Positions 55,285-64,000 of a stretch of 64,000 nt of DNA are shown here, one piece after another (the stretch's first letter is position 1; every line of letters starts with the position of its first letter). The stretch covers positions 817-64,816 of the IMG/VR virus record IMGVR_UViG_2634166353_000002. One strand, given 5' to 3'. This DNA comes from a virus. Lineage: Duplodnaviria; Caudoviricetes. Below the pieces are notes generated by a model, which was given only the letters and a program-made list of their open reading frames with translations, did no database searches and was not told where the DNA came from. The translations under genes were made by a program, and so were the position numbers.

Positions 55285-57849
55285 ATGCCGCCTGTTGTGC
55301 TTGGCGCTGTCGCTCTGGGTGGGGCGGCGGTGGCCGCGGGCGGCCTGGCCGCGGCTTTTGCGGCGGGCGGCCTGATCGGCTTTGCTGCAAGCTTTGGCGC
55401 GTCGATGCTGCTGTCGGCCGCCTCGCAAGCCCTGATGGGCACGCCGTCGGTCTCGATGCGGCCCAGAACCGTGAGCGTGCGCGAGCCGGTGATGCCGCGC
55501 GACATGGTCTATGGCCGGGTGCGCAAGGGCGGCGCCATCGTGTTCCTGCACGAGGCCGGGCCGTCGAACAACTATCTGCACCTGGTGATCGTGCTGGCCA
55601 CGCATCGCGTCAAGTCGATCGGGGCGGTCTACTTCGACGGGGAGATGGCGGTGGACGCCGCGGGCAGGGCGCTGGATCGCTGGGCGGGCAAGGTGGAGAT
55701 CGACACCCGGCTCGGGCATCCGGACCAGACGGCGTTCGCGGATCTCGCCGAGGCGGTCTCGGAGCATTGGTCCTCTGCACATCGCCTGGACGGCTGCGCG
55801 GCGATCCATCTGCGTCTCAAGTACACTGCGGATGCCTTCCCCGGCGGCATTCCGAGCATCTCCGTCGACATCATGGGCAAGGACGACATCCTGGATCCGC
55901 GCACGGGCGTGCGGGGCTATAGCGAGAACGCCGCGCTTTGCGTGGCCGACTACATGGCCGATCCGGTGTTCGGTCTGGGGGCCGGTATTGGCCTCGAGGA
56001 CGGGATCGAGACCGAAAGCCTGATCGAGGCAGCCAATATCTGCGCGGAAGCGGTGCCGCTGGCGGCGGGCGGCAGCGAGCCGCGCTATGCCTGCAACGGG
56101 GTTGTCACGCTCGATCAGACGCCGCAGACCATCATCGAGGCGATGCTGACGGCGATGGCGGGTCGCTGCATCTGGCAAGGCGGTGCCTGGCGCCTCCATG
56201 CCGGGGCTTACCGTGCGGCGGATGTGACGCTTGGCGCCGATGATCTGCGCGAGGGCGGGATTGTGCTCACCACGCGGCAAAGCCGGGCCAACAGCTTCAA
56301 CGGGGTGCGCGGGCAGTTCATCAGCCCGGAAAATGACTGGCAGCCCGATGACTTCCCGGCGTATGCCTCGCCCGCCTATATCGCCGAGGATGGCGGCACG
56401 CCCGTATGGCGGGATATCTCGCTGCCGTTTACCATCTCGCCTTCGGCGGCGCAGCGCATTGCCAGGATCGAGCTGGAGCGCGCGCGGCGCCAGCAGGTGG
56501 TCAAATGGTCGGGCAAGCTCAGCGCCTGGAAGGCGGCGGCCGGCGATACGGTCACGGTGGATTACGCACGCTGGGGCTTTGCCGGCAAACCCTTCGAGGT
56601 ACAGTCTTCGCGACTTGATCTGAGCGCGGTGGGCGAGGGCGTGATGCTGGTGCCGGAACTGATCCTGCGCGAGACCTCGCCGCTGGTTTATGACTGGGAC
56701 GTCAGCGAGGAGCAGATCTACGCGGCCGCGCCGCGCACGACATTGCCGTCAGCGTTCCGCACGGTGGCGCCGGGCACACCGGAGATCTCGGAAGAGCTCT
56801 ATATCACCCGCGATGGCGGCGGCGCCAAGGTGCTGATCACCGCCACCTGGGCGCCGGCCCCTTCGAGCTTTGCCGCGAGCTACCAGATCGAGGCGCGCCG
56901 CGACGGTGGGGACTGGATCGACTATGGCCGCCAGGTCAGCACGACCCTGCAGATCCGCGACGCCAGCCCCGGCCAGTGGGAGATCCGCGTCAAGGCGGTG
57001 TCCGCGCTCGGCGTGTCGTCGCAGTGGCGCGCGCGCACGGCCGAGATCCTCGGGCTCACCGCGCCGCCGGTGGCCCTTGAGGACGTGACGCTGCAAACAG
57101 CCGGCGGGCTCGCGATCCTCAAATGGGCGCGGGCCCGCGATCCCGATGTGCGGGTGGCGGGCAATATCGTCATTCGCCACAGCCCCGAGGCCAGCCCCGC
57201 ATGGGCCAACAGCTATTCCATGGACCGGGTGGCCGGCTCGGAGGCGATCGCGGTGGTGCCGCTCAAGCCCGGCGCCTATCTGCTGCGCGCCGAGGACAGC
57301 GGCGGCCGGCTGGGGCCGGTGAGCACGATCTCGACCAAGGGCACGCAGGCGCTGGCCTTTGCGGCGGTGGCGCGCCTGCAGGCCGATGGCACCTTTCCGG
57401 GTGCCAAGACGGATTTGGTGGTCGAGGGCGCGACGCTGCGCCTGGCGACGGCCCTCGATGGCAGCGGCGTGCCTTACGTGCCGCAGACCGAGGGGCTCTA
57501 CGCCTTCGGGGCGGGGCTCGATTTTGGCGCGATACGCCGGATCCGGCTGCGCAGCGAGATCAGCCTGGCGGTGCTGGCGCTCCTTGACAAGATCGATGCG
57601 CGCCTGGAGCCGATCGACACCTGGGCGGATTTTGACGGCACCGATGGCGCGGAGGTGGATGTGGTGGTGGAGATCCGTGAGACGGATGACGATCCATCGG
57701 GCACGCCGGTCTGGTCCGACTGGGGCCGGGTGGACAATCACGAAATCGAGGCACGGGCGGTTGAGGCGCGCGCCTGGCTGCGCACGGCGGACCGGGCCTT
57801 CACGCCGGTGGTCTCGCGGCTGCGGCTGCATGCGGACGAGGTGGCCTGA
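55285..57849 (+). CDS. Tail tip / central fibre protein (lambda J-like)
   Basis: VYGRVRKGG, ENAALCVADY, FNGVRGQF, FN3-like segments. Confidence 0.88.
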   Translation: MPPVVLGAVALGGAAVAAGGLAAAFAAGGLIGFAASFGASMLLSAASQALMGTPSVSMRPRTVSVREPVMPRDMVYGRVRKGGAIVFLHEAGPSNNYLHLVIVLATHRVKSIGAVYFDGEMAVDAAGRALDRWAGKVEIDTRLGHPDQTAFADLAEAVSEHWSSAHRLDGCAAIHLRLKYTADAFPGGIPSISVDIMGKDDILDPRTGVRGYSENAALCVADYMADPVFGLGAGIGLEDGIETESLIEAANICAEAVPLAAGGSEPRYACNGVVTLDQTPQTIIEAMLTAMAGRCIWQGGAWRLHAGAYRAADVTLGADDLREGGIVLTTRQSRANSFNGVRGQFISPENDWQPDDFPAYASPAYIAEDGGTPVWRDISLPFTISPSAAQRIARIELERARRQQVVKWSGKLSAWKAAAGDTVTVDYARWGFAGKPFEVQSSRLDLSAVGEGVMLVPELILRETSPLVYDWDVSEEQIYAAAPRTTLPSAFRTVAPGTPEISEELYITRDGGGAKVLITATWAPAPSSFAASYQIEARRDGGDWIDYGRQVSTTLQIRDASPGQWEIRVKAVSALGVSSQWRARTAEILGLTAPPVALEDVTLQTAGGLAILKWARARDPDVRVAGNIVIRHSPEASPAWANSYSMDRVAGSEAIAVVPLKPGAYLLRAEDSGGRLGPVSTISTKGTQALAFAAVARLQADGTFPGAKTDLVVEGATLRLATALDGSGVPYVPQTEGLYAFGAGLDFGAIRRIRLRSEISLAVLALLDKIDARLEPIDTWADFDGTDGAEVDVVVEIRETDDDPSGTPVWSDWGRVDNHEIEARAVEARAWLRTADRAFTPVVSRLRLHADEVA

Positions 57850-58079
57850 TGGCTCAGACAGACAGTTACGCGCTGACCAATGACGCAGGCCTCGCGGTGC
57901 GCCAGCGCCTCAACGAGATCCTGGCCGCGCTGCACTCCTCCAATGCCGGGGCCACGGCGCCGACCGCGACCCGGCCGGGCATGCTGTGGCTGGATACCGG
58001 CCAGAGCCCGGCGGTGCTCAGGATCCGCGATGCCACCGATACCGGCTGGGAGGCGCTGCTCGATGGCGGCAGCTACTGA
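57849..58079 (+). CDS. Small tail-associated hypothetical protein
   Basis: APTATRPGMLWLDT; coupled to the upstream stop. Confidence 0.65.
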   Translation: MAQTDSYALTNDAGLAVRQRLNEILAALHSSNAGATAPTATRPGMLWLDTGQSPAVLRIRDATDTGWEALLDGGSY

Positions 58080-58129
58080 GGATCGCGGCCTGTCCGGGAC
58101 CGGCCCCGCAAACAACATGAGGTCGCGCC

Positions 58130-58441
58130 ATGGACGACGGCAGCTTTATTGAGACCATCAACGCGCTGTTTGGCGGGGCCATCACCACGCTGATCGGCGC
58201 CTTCACGGGGCGGCTGATGTATCACTCGGGCGAGGTCAGTCTGGGGCGGCGGCGCTTCTTCGGCCGCGAGCTCTTGTGGGAAGTGCCCGTCGCCATCGGG
58301 ATGGCGATCATCGGCGAAGCCCTCGCCAGCCATCTCGGCCTCGCCCAGCCGGTCAGCACCGGGCTGGTGGCCACGCTGGCCTATCTCGGCCCGCGCGGCG
58401 CCGAGGCTGCGATCTGCGCCTGGCTCCGGCGCAGGAAGTAG
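58130..58441 (+). CDS. Holin-like membrane protein
   Basis: About three hydrophobic segments, basic C-terminus, upstream of the lysin. Confidence 0.72.
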   Translation: MDDGSFIETINALFGGAITTLIGAFTGRLMYHSGEVSLGRRRFFGRELLWEVPVAIGMAIIGEALASHLGLAQPVSTGLVATLAYLGPRGAEAAICAWLRRRK

Positions 58442-58489
58442 TCAACGGCTTGAAAGCAGATTCTCAGCTCACATCTGGTATACGCAAAG

Positions 58490-58762
58490 ATGCATCAGAT
58501 CGAGCGCAGGGTGGATAGTGCGATGAAGAATATCGAACAGGTTCTGGCACAGCTTGAGCAGGCCGCCGACCCGGAACAGGCAGTCAAGGCCCTGGTACTG
58601 GCCGAGGGCGGCACCTGGGTCGATCCGGATGGCACGCCCGGCATTGTGGAAATCCAGCTGGCAGGTTTGCGAGGGATTGGACCCTCTGTGGCGGCAGCGG
58701 TGGATGATTGGATGCAGCAAGCCAGAACACCCCATCATGCGGAGCACGAACGCTTCGCCTGA
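58490..58762 (+). CDS. Small hypothetical protein inserted in the lysis cassette
   Basis: ORF between holin and lysin, followed by a terminator; start may be 58522. Confidence 0.55.
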   Translation: MHQIERRVDSAMKNIEQVLAQLEQAADPEQAVKALVLAEGGTWVDPDGTPGIVEIQLAGLRGIGPSVAAAVDDWMQQARTPHHAEHERFA

Positions 58763-58813
58763 ACAGCCCGGCCGGTCTGGCGGCGCTGAACACACAAAAA
58801 CAAGCACATCGGC

Positions 58814-58839
58814 AAGCCGTCCCTTCGGGGCGGCTTTTT
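58814..58839 (+). terminator. Rho-independent terminator
   Basis: AAGCCGTCCC-TTCG-GGGCGGCTT followed by a T run. Confidence 0.75.
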
Positions 58840-58859
58840 GCTTTGCATGGAGGCACGCA

Positions 58860-59795
58860 ATGACCGCTTTTGAAATCGCCCGGAGCTATATCGGGACCGC
58901 AGAGGCCCCGGGGCCGGTCAACAACCCCGACATCATGGATATGTACAGCTCGGTCGGTCATGACTGGGTGGAGCATGACAGCGTGGCCTGGTGTGCCGCC
59001 TTCGTGGGGCATTGCCTCGAACAGGCCGGCCTGCGCTCGACCCGGCGGCTGACCGCGCGCTCCTATCTCGACTGGGGCCTGCCGGTAGACCTGGACGACG
59101 CGCAGGAGGGCGACATCGTCGTGTTCTGGCGCGGGCGCCGCGACGGGTGGCAGGGCCATGTCGGCTTCTTCGTGGCGCGCGCCGGCGCCAGCATCGAGGT
59201 GCTCGGGGGCAACCAGGCCGATGCGGTGACCATCAGGCGCTATGCCAGGGCGAAACTGCTCGGCGTGCGCCGGGCGGGCAATGTGGCTCCGGCCGTGGCC
59301 CTGTCGGTCCGCAAGGTGCAGACGCGCCTGCGCGCGCTCGGCTACCACGAGGTCGGCGCCGCCGACGGCGTTGTGGGCCCGCGCACCCGCGGGGCGCTCC
59401 TCGCGTTCCGCGATGACGCGGGCCTGCCGCCGCGCCCGGTGATCGACGTGGCGCTGACCGAGGCGCTGGCGCGCGCGGCCCCGCGCGAAATCGCGCCCGC
59501 GCGCGCCCAGGGCATGCCCGAGAACAGCCGCATCGTGACGGCGGCCAACGCCCAGATCGGCCTTGGCCTGATCGGTGCGGTGGGATCGGTCGGCACCCAA
59601 ATCGCCCCGGCGGTCGCGCAGGCCGAGGGGGCGCAAACGCTCGCGGTGCGCGCGCTGGCCCTGCTCGGGCTCGATGGCGCGGTGTCCGCAGCCCTGCCGT
59701 GGATCGGCGCGGCCGTGTTCATCGGCGTGATCCTCTACGCCGTCAAAGCCCGCACCGCGCGGATCGAGGACCATCGCACCGGGCGGACGCCCTGA
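58860..59795 (+). CDS. Endolysin: TIGR02594-like cysteine peptidase + peptidoglycan-binding domain + hydrophobic C-terminus
   Basis: WCAAFV, GHVGFF, LGGNQ; ADGVVGPRTRGALLAF; two hydrophobic segments near the C-terminus. Confidence 0.85.
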   Translation: MTAFEIARSYIGTAEAPGPVNNPDIMDMYSSVGHDWVEHDSVAWCAAFVGHCLEQAGLRSTRRLTARSYLDWGLPVDLDDAQEGDIVVFWRGRRDGWQGHVGFFVARAGASIEVLGGNQADAVTIRRYARAKLLGVRRAGNVAPAVALSVRKVQTRLRALGYHEVGAADGVVGPRTRGALLAFRDDAGLPPRPVIDVALTEALARAAPREIAPARAQGMPENSRIVTAANAQIGLGLIGAVGSVGTQIAPAVAQAEGAQTLAVRALALLGLDGAVSAALPWIGAAVFIGVILYAVKARTARIEDHRTGRTP

Positions 59796-60025
59796 TGTGG
59801 AGGCTCGTCGTCTCGATCTGCGTGGCCGCGCCCGATGGCCCGGCCTGCGTCTCCGGCCTCCATCCGGGCACGATGGCCAGCTTCGCGGTCTGCGCGGACG
59901 CGGCCGTCGTCACCACCGATGTCATGCGCGCCGCCGCGCAGAGGGACGGGAGTGAGATCCTCTCCCTCAATACGCGCTGCATCCCGCTCAACGCCGTGCG
60001 AGCCGGTAGCGGGGGCCTGCAATGA
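59795..60025 (+). CDS. Small hypothetical protein
   Basis: ORF coupled to both neighbours, with Cys residues. Confidence 0.55.
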   Translation: MWRLVVSICVAAPDGPACVSGLHPGTMASFAVCADAAVVTTDVMRAAAQRDGSEILSLNTRCIPLNAVRAGSGGLQ

Positions 60026-60279
60026 TCCCGGTCCTGACGGCCGTGCTGTCCGGCCTTGGCCGGCGTGCCGCCCTGTGGGGCGCGCTGGCGCTGGCGGTGG
60101 TCGCGGCGCTTTGGATCGCAGTCCACCGCGGCCGCCGCGCGGCGCAGGCCGCGTTCATCATCCGCCGGGCCGATGCCCGCATCCGCGCCATGCAAACCGC
60201 CAGGGAGATCCGCCATGAGGTTCGTACCGCTGACCGCGCTGAGCTTGAGCGCCGCGCTGAGCGCTGGATGCGCGATTGA
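60022..60279 (+). CDS. Inner-membrane spanin-like (Rz-like)
   Basis: N-terminal TM segment followed by a charged helical region. Confidence 0.68.
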   Translation: MIPVLTAVLSGLGRRAALWGALALAVVAALWIAVHRGRRAAQAAFIIRRADARIRAMQTAREIRHEVRTADRAELERRAERWMRD

Positions 60280-60418
60280 TCCGGGCCGCTACCAGGACAC
60301 CTGTGATTGGGCCGAGCCGATCCGGCCGTCACGAAGCGACGTGCTGAGCCTGGAGACCCGGCGCCAGATCGTGGCCCATAACGAGATTGGCGCGCGGCTC
60401 TGCGGGTGGCAGCCATGA
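60215..60418 (+). CDS. Outer-membrane spanin-like lipoprotein (Rz1-like)
   Basis: MRFVPLTALSLSAALSAGC lipobox; overlaps the Rz-like 3' end in another frame. Confidence 0.7.
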   Translation: MRFVPLTALSLSAALSAGCAIDPGRYQDTCDWAEPIRPSRSDVLSLETRRQIVAHNEIGARLCGWQP

Positions 60419-60759
60419 CGACACACATCCTTGAGGGGCCGGCGATCATGATCGGCTATGCGTATCGGTTGCGCCTGGAAGCGGAAGGGCCGGTGTTCCC
60501 GGACGGGGCGACGTTCGCCGGCCAGGTGCGCCCCGCGGCGGCGTCGGAAGACGTGCTGGTCACGCTGACGACGGGCAATGGCGGGCTGGTGCGCATCGCC
60601 GACAGCGCCCTCGATCTCCGGATCGCCGCGGCCAACACCGCCGGCATGTCGGTGGGCTCGGTGGTGGTCGACGTGGTGCGCACGGATGTCGCGCCGGATC
60701 TGCATCTCGGGTTTGCCCTGGACATCCCGGTGATGTTGCCGGTCACGCGGGGGCTGTGA
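60415..60759 (+). CDS. Hypothetical phage structural-region protein
   Basis: Coupled ORF, beta-rich pattern. Confidence 0.65.
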   Translation: MTTHILEGPAIMIGYAYRLRLEAEGPVFPDGATFAGQVRPAAASEDVLVTLTTGNGGLVRIADSALDLRIAAANTAGMSVGSVVVDVVRTDVAPDLHLGFALDIPVMLPVTRGL

Positions 60760-60760
60760 C

Positions 60761-60988
60761 ATGAGCGGCAGGATTGACGTGGCCGGCCCCGGCGTGCCGA
60801 TCCGTCTCACCGTGTCCGATGACGTGCCGCTCAGGGTGGGTCTTGCCGCCGGGCCGGTAGCGGTGCGCGTGCCGGGGCTGCCGGGCCCGGAGGGCAAGGC
60901 CGGCCCCCCGGGGGCCCGGGGTGAGCAGGGCGATCCCGGCGTCACCGTTCTTCCAACAGATGCGCCGATCAACGGAGGGTTCTTCTAG
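60761..60988 (+). CDS. Small protein with short collagen-like G-X-Y stretch
   Basis: GLPGPEGKAGPPGARGEQGDPG. Confidence 0.6.
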   Translation: MSGRIDVAGPGVPIRLTVSDDVPLRVGLAAGPVAVRVPGLPGPEGKAGPPGARGEQGDPGVTVLPTDAPINGGFF

Positions 60989-62247
60989 TGGCCAATACGA
61001 TCCAGTTCAAACGCCGGGTGTCCGGCAATGCCGGCGCGCCCGCCGCGCTCAAATCGGGCGAGGTCGCGCATAACGAGGTCGATGATACGCTCTATATCGG
61101 CAAGGGCGACGACGGGGGCGGCAATGCCACCTCGATCGTGGCCCTTGCGGGGGCCGGTGCCTTCATGGCGACGACCGGCACGCAGACCATCGCCGGCAAG
61201 AAGACCTTCAGCGCGGTGCCGGCGGCGTCCCAGGATGCCGCGGCCGCGGCTGACCTGGTGCGCAAGTCGCAGCTGGAGACGCTCCTGGGCGGCAAGGCGA
61301 GCAGCAGTCACACGCATGGGGTCTCGGATGTGTCGGGCTTGCAGGCCGCGCTGGATGGCAAGGCAGAGAGCGGCCACACGCACACAGCGGTCGCAATAAG
61401 CGACAGCACGCTTGCAGGGCGTGCGCTCTTGATGGCGGCGAATGCGGACGCGCAGCGCACGGCGCTCGGGCTTGGCTCGGCAGCCCTGTCGAGCACATCG
61501 GCCTTTGCCGCGGCGGCGCATGGCCACGCGATCTCCGACATCACCAATCTGCAAGCGGCGCTGAACGCAACGGCGCCGCTGGCCTCGCCCGGCCTGACCG
61601 GCACGCCCACGGCGCCAACGGCCACAGGCGGCACCAACACCACGCAGATCGCGACCACCGCCTTCGTGCAATCGGCCGTGGCGAGCTTCGGCGCCGGCGA
61701 CATGCTCGCCGGGACCTATGACACGGACGCCGACGGCAAGGTGGACGCGGCCGAGGTGGCCGATGCGGTGGCCTGGTCCGGCATCACCGGCAAGCCGGCG
61801 ACCTTCGCGCCCTCCGCGCACGGGCACGCGATCTCGCAGGTCACAGGGTTGCAGGCGGCGCTCGATGACAAGGCGCCGCTGACTTCGCCGGGCTTCTCGG
61901 GCACGCCGACCGCGCCAACAGCGGCAAGCAGCAGCAACAGCACGCAGATCGCGACCACGGCCTTTGTCTCGGCCGCCATCGGGGCGCTGATCGATGCCGC
62001 GCCGGGCGCGCTGGATACGCTCAGTGAGCTGGCTGCGGCGCTTGGAAATGACCCGGATTTTGCCACCACGGTGACCAATGGGCTCGCGGGCAAGCTCGGG
62101 AAATCCGCGAACCTCTCGGACCTGGCCGATATGGCCACGGCGCGGTCCAACCTGGGGCTTGCCGGCATGGCCACGCAGGCCGCGAGCAATGTGGCAATCA
62201 CCGGCGGCAGCATCTCCGGCGTCGCGCTCGATGGCGGCACGTTCTGA
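60988..62247 (+). CDS. Tail fibre-like protein with internal repeats
   Basis: Repeated H.H....V.GLQAAL and GTPTAPTA..TQIATTAFV units; GTG start. Confidence 0.8.
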   Translation: MANTIQFKRRVSGNAGAPAALKSGEVAHNEVDDTLYIGKGDDGGGNATSIVALAGAGAFMATTGTQTIAGKKTFSAVPAASQDAAAAADLVRKSQLETLLGGKASSSHTHGVSDVSGLQAALDGKAESGHTHTAVAISDSTLAGRALLMAANADAQRTALGLGSAALSSTSAFAAAAHGHAISDITNLQAALNATAPLASPGLTGTPTAPTATGGTNTTQIATTAFVQSAVASFGAGDMLAGTYDTDADGKVDAAEVADAVAWSGITGKPATFAPSAHGHAISQVTGLQAALDDKAPLTSPGFSGTPTAPTAASSSNSTQIATTAFVSAAIGALIDAAPGALDTLSELAAALGNDPDFATTVTNGLAGKLGKSANLSDLADMATARSNLGLAGMATQAASNVAITGGSISGVALDGGTF

Positions 62248-62300
62248 TCCCGCCGCCCCGGCAATACCCGGTCTGAACAGGCAAGAAGAAGGGAGGCCAC

Positions 62301-63056
62301 ATGGCTTTGAAACTGAGGCGCTCGGCGGTGGCGAACAAGGTGCCCACCATCGCGCAGCTGGAGCTTGGAGAGCTGGCCGTCAATACCCATGACGGCCGGC
62401 TGTTTCTCAAGCGCGACGATGGCTCCGAGAGCATCGTCGAGATCGTCAACAGCGGGCGCGTGATCTCCGCCGGGACCGGTTTGACCGGGGGCGGCTCACT
62501 CGCGGCCGATCGCACGCTGGCGGCGGATATCGCGAGCCAGGCGGAGGCCGAAGCAGGCGCCAACAGCACCCGGCTGATGACGCCCGAGCGCACGGCGCAG
62601 GCGATCGCGGCGTTGGCCAGTTCCGGAGCGAGCACGCTCACCGCCGGTGAGACCATCCGCAGTCGGGTGGATGCCTATTACCAACGGACGTCGACATCCT
62701 GGGGCACACGGCATGCCTTTGATTTTGCCCAGGATGGCACGATCCGGATCAGTTTTGACGGCGCTTCGAGTTCGTCTGAACCTGCTTACTTCCGGGTGAC
62801 GCGCCTGAGAAACGCCATCACAACGGTTATGGGAAGCTGGACGATCACCGGTACAGCATGGGCCGGTAAGTTTATTGATGTGGATGTGGCGCAAGGGGAC
62901 CGTGTCAGCGTTCAGTCCCAAGCCTCAACGCGCACAAGCGGCTCCGACAAATCAACCACAACCTACTACGGATACGCGCGGATCCAGAACGCCCGCTTCA
63001 AGACCGGCGGTGAGAACCTCGTCCCCGGTGTCTACGCGCCCGTGGAGAATGACTGA
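62301..63056 (+). CDS. Tail fibre-like protein
   Basis: LELGELAVNTHDGRLF, ISAGTGLTGGGSL, ASQAEAEAG..MTPERTAQAI. Confidence 0.78.
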   Translation: MALKLRRSAVANKVPTIAQLELGELAVNTHDGRLFLKRDDGSESIVEIVNSGRVISAGTGLTGGGSLAADRTLAADIASQAEAEAGANSTRLMTPERTAQAIAALASSGASTLTAGETIRSRVDAYYQRTSTSWGTRHAFDFAQDGTIRISFDGASSSSEPAYFRVTRLRNAITTVMGSWTITGTAWAGKFIDVDVAQGDRVSVQSQASTRTSGSDKSTTTYYGYARIQNARFKTGGENLVPGVYAPVEND

Positions 63057-63487
63057 TGCAAACCCCTCAATATGTGACGGCGGATCAAAGCTCCATTCGC
63101 CTGGAAATGGAGGGCGGCGCGGTGCGCGTGGTGGATCGCGACGGGCCGTCGGATCTGTTTGGCCGTGCTGAAGCCGGCGAGTTTGGCGCCGTCGCGCCGT
63201 TCGATCCGGGGTTTGATGTCTCCCCACCCCCGGAGCCTGCCAGGCGGGTCAGCCGCCTGCAGGCCAAGGGGGCGCTCTTGCAGATGGGGCTTCTGGACCA
63301 GGTGGAAGCCCTGATGGCTGGCATGGACCAAATGACCCGGCTGGCCTGGCAGGAGGCGAGCACATTCGACAGGGCAAGCCCGCTGCTCAACGGTCTGGCG
63401 CCGTATCTCAGCTGGCCCGATGGCTCTGCGCTCACGGGCGCGGACCTGGACCAGCTCTTCCTTCTGGCCGAAACGATCGAGGTATGA
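63056..63487 (+). CDS. Fibre-associated hypothetical protein
   Basis: VSRLQAKGALLQMGLL..WQEASTFDRAS..DLDQLF; follows the fibre gene. Confidence 0.65.
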   Translation: MQTPQYVTADQSSIRLEMEGGAVRVVDRDGPSDLFGRAEAGEFGAVAPFDPGFDVSPPPEPARRVSRLQAKGALLQMGLLDQVEALMAGMDQMTRLAWQEASTFDRASPLLNGLAPYLSWPDGSALTGADLDQLFLLAETIEV

Positions 63488-63490
63488 CGG

Positions 63491-64000
63491 ATGCGCTATG
63501 AACAGGTGGAACTGGCCGAGGCGGCCGCGCACTTCGAGCGGCTTGCGGTGATCGTGGATGAGGTGCGCCGCGCGCGGGAACTGCCGGCTCTGGATGGCGG
63601 CGCGTCCCTTGCCGGATACGCCCGACGCGGCGACACGGCCGCCCTGGCCTGGGATGGTGCGCAGCTGGTGGGCGTGAGCTGCCTTGGTCTGTGCCATCAC
63701 TTCATGGCCGGGCCGCAATGGCTGCCGATCAAGGTGCATCTGGTGCGCGCGGGCTATGATCTGTCGAGACTTGGTTGCTCGCACTTCGTCTATCTCAGCC
63801 CGGACTACTGGGGCGGGGGCGCAACCGCCGCCCTGACGCAAACCGCGCGGCGCAGCAACCCGCAAGTGAGCCACACGCTGTCGCACAGCTTCGCCACGCC
63901 GGCGCTCGAGGCCTGGGCGGCCGGTCTGCCCGGGATGGTGGAGTTGGGCCTCAAAGCGCCCGATGGTGGGCGCGTGTTCGTTTGGGCGTGTGAGTCCTGA
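63491..64000 (+). CDS. Hypothetical protein, possible GNAT-fold acetyltransferase
   Basis: VYLSPDYWGGGATAAL resembles GNAT motif A. Confidence 0.5.
   Translation: MRYEQVELAEAAAHFERLAVIVDEVRRARELPALDGGASLAGYARRGDTAALAWDGAQLVGVSCLGLCHHFMAGPQWLPIKVHLVRAGYDLSRLGCSHFVYLSPDYWGGGATAALTQTARRSNPQVSHTLSHSFATPALEAWAAGLPGMVELGLKAPDGGRVFVWACES

Noticed and set aside
36620-57849. Gene transfer agent interpretation of the structural cluster
   Set aside because: Lambda-type GpA, portal, D and E genes plus integrase, repressor and replication modules indicate a true prophage
55285-63487. Diversity-generating retroelement or invertible fibre cassette
   Set aside because: No reverse transcriptase, template/variable repeat pair or invertase with flanking inverted sites is visible in the window

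Overview
Alphaproteobacterial DNA (Rhodobacteraceae-like by gene content) holding two mobile elements in tandem at the 3' end of a tRNA-Ser(GGA). Element 1 (about 75-6555) is a compact unit bounded by the tRNA 3' end (49-74) and a degenerate copy of it (6530-6555). It encodes a large serine recombinase, DUF2924, DUF3489, a ParB-methyltransferase fusion and small- and large-terminase-like genes, but no capsid or replication genes, which makes it a phage-satellite candidate. Element 2 (6556 to beyond the window end) is a lambda-like siphoprophage. Its left arm carries an McrBC/LlaJI-like nuclease pair plus one m5C and one N6/N4-type methyltransferase, interrupted by a degenerate IS1595 that has TIRs, an 8-bp TSD and an internal LexA box. 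It continues with a second serine recombinase module, a toxin-like gene plus XRE-ImmA gene pair, a CI-like repressor, and replication, packaging, head, tail, lysis and fibre modules. The late region carries many morons, mostly antisense: tandem YbjN-like genes replacing a C5 methylase, DUF429, DUF1186-SEC-C, a lipid A-type acyltransferase, a bactofilin, HigBA and a DMT transporter. Family names come from motif recognition by eye, not from database searches.
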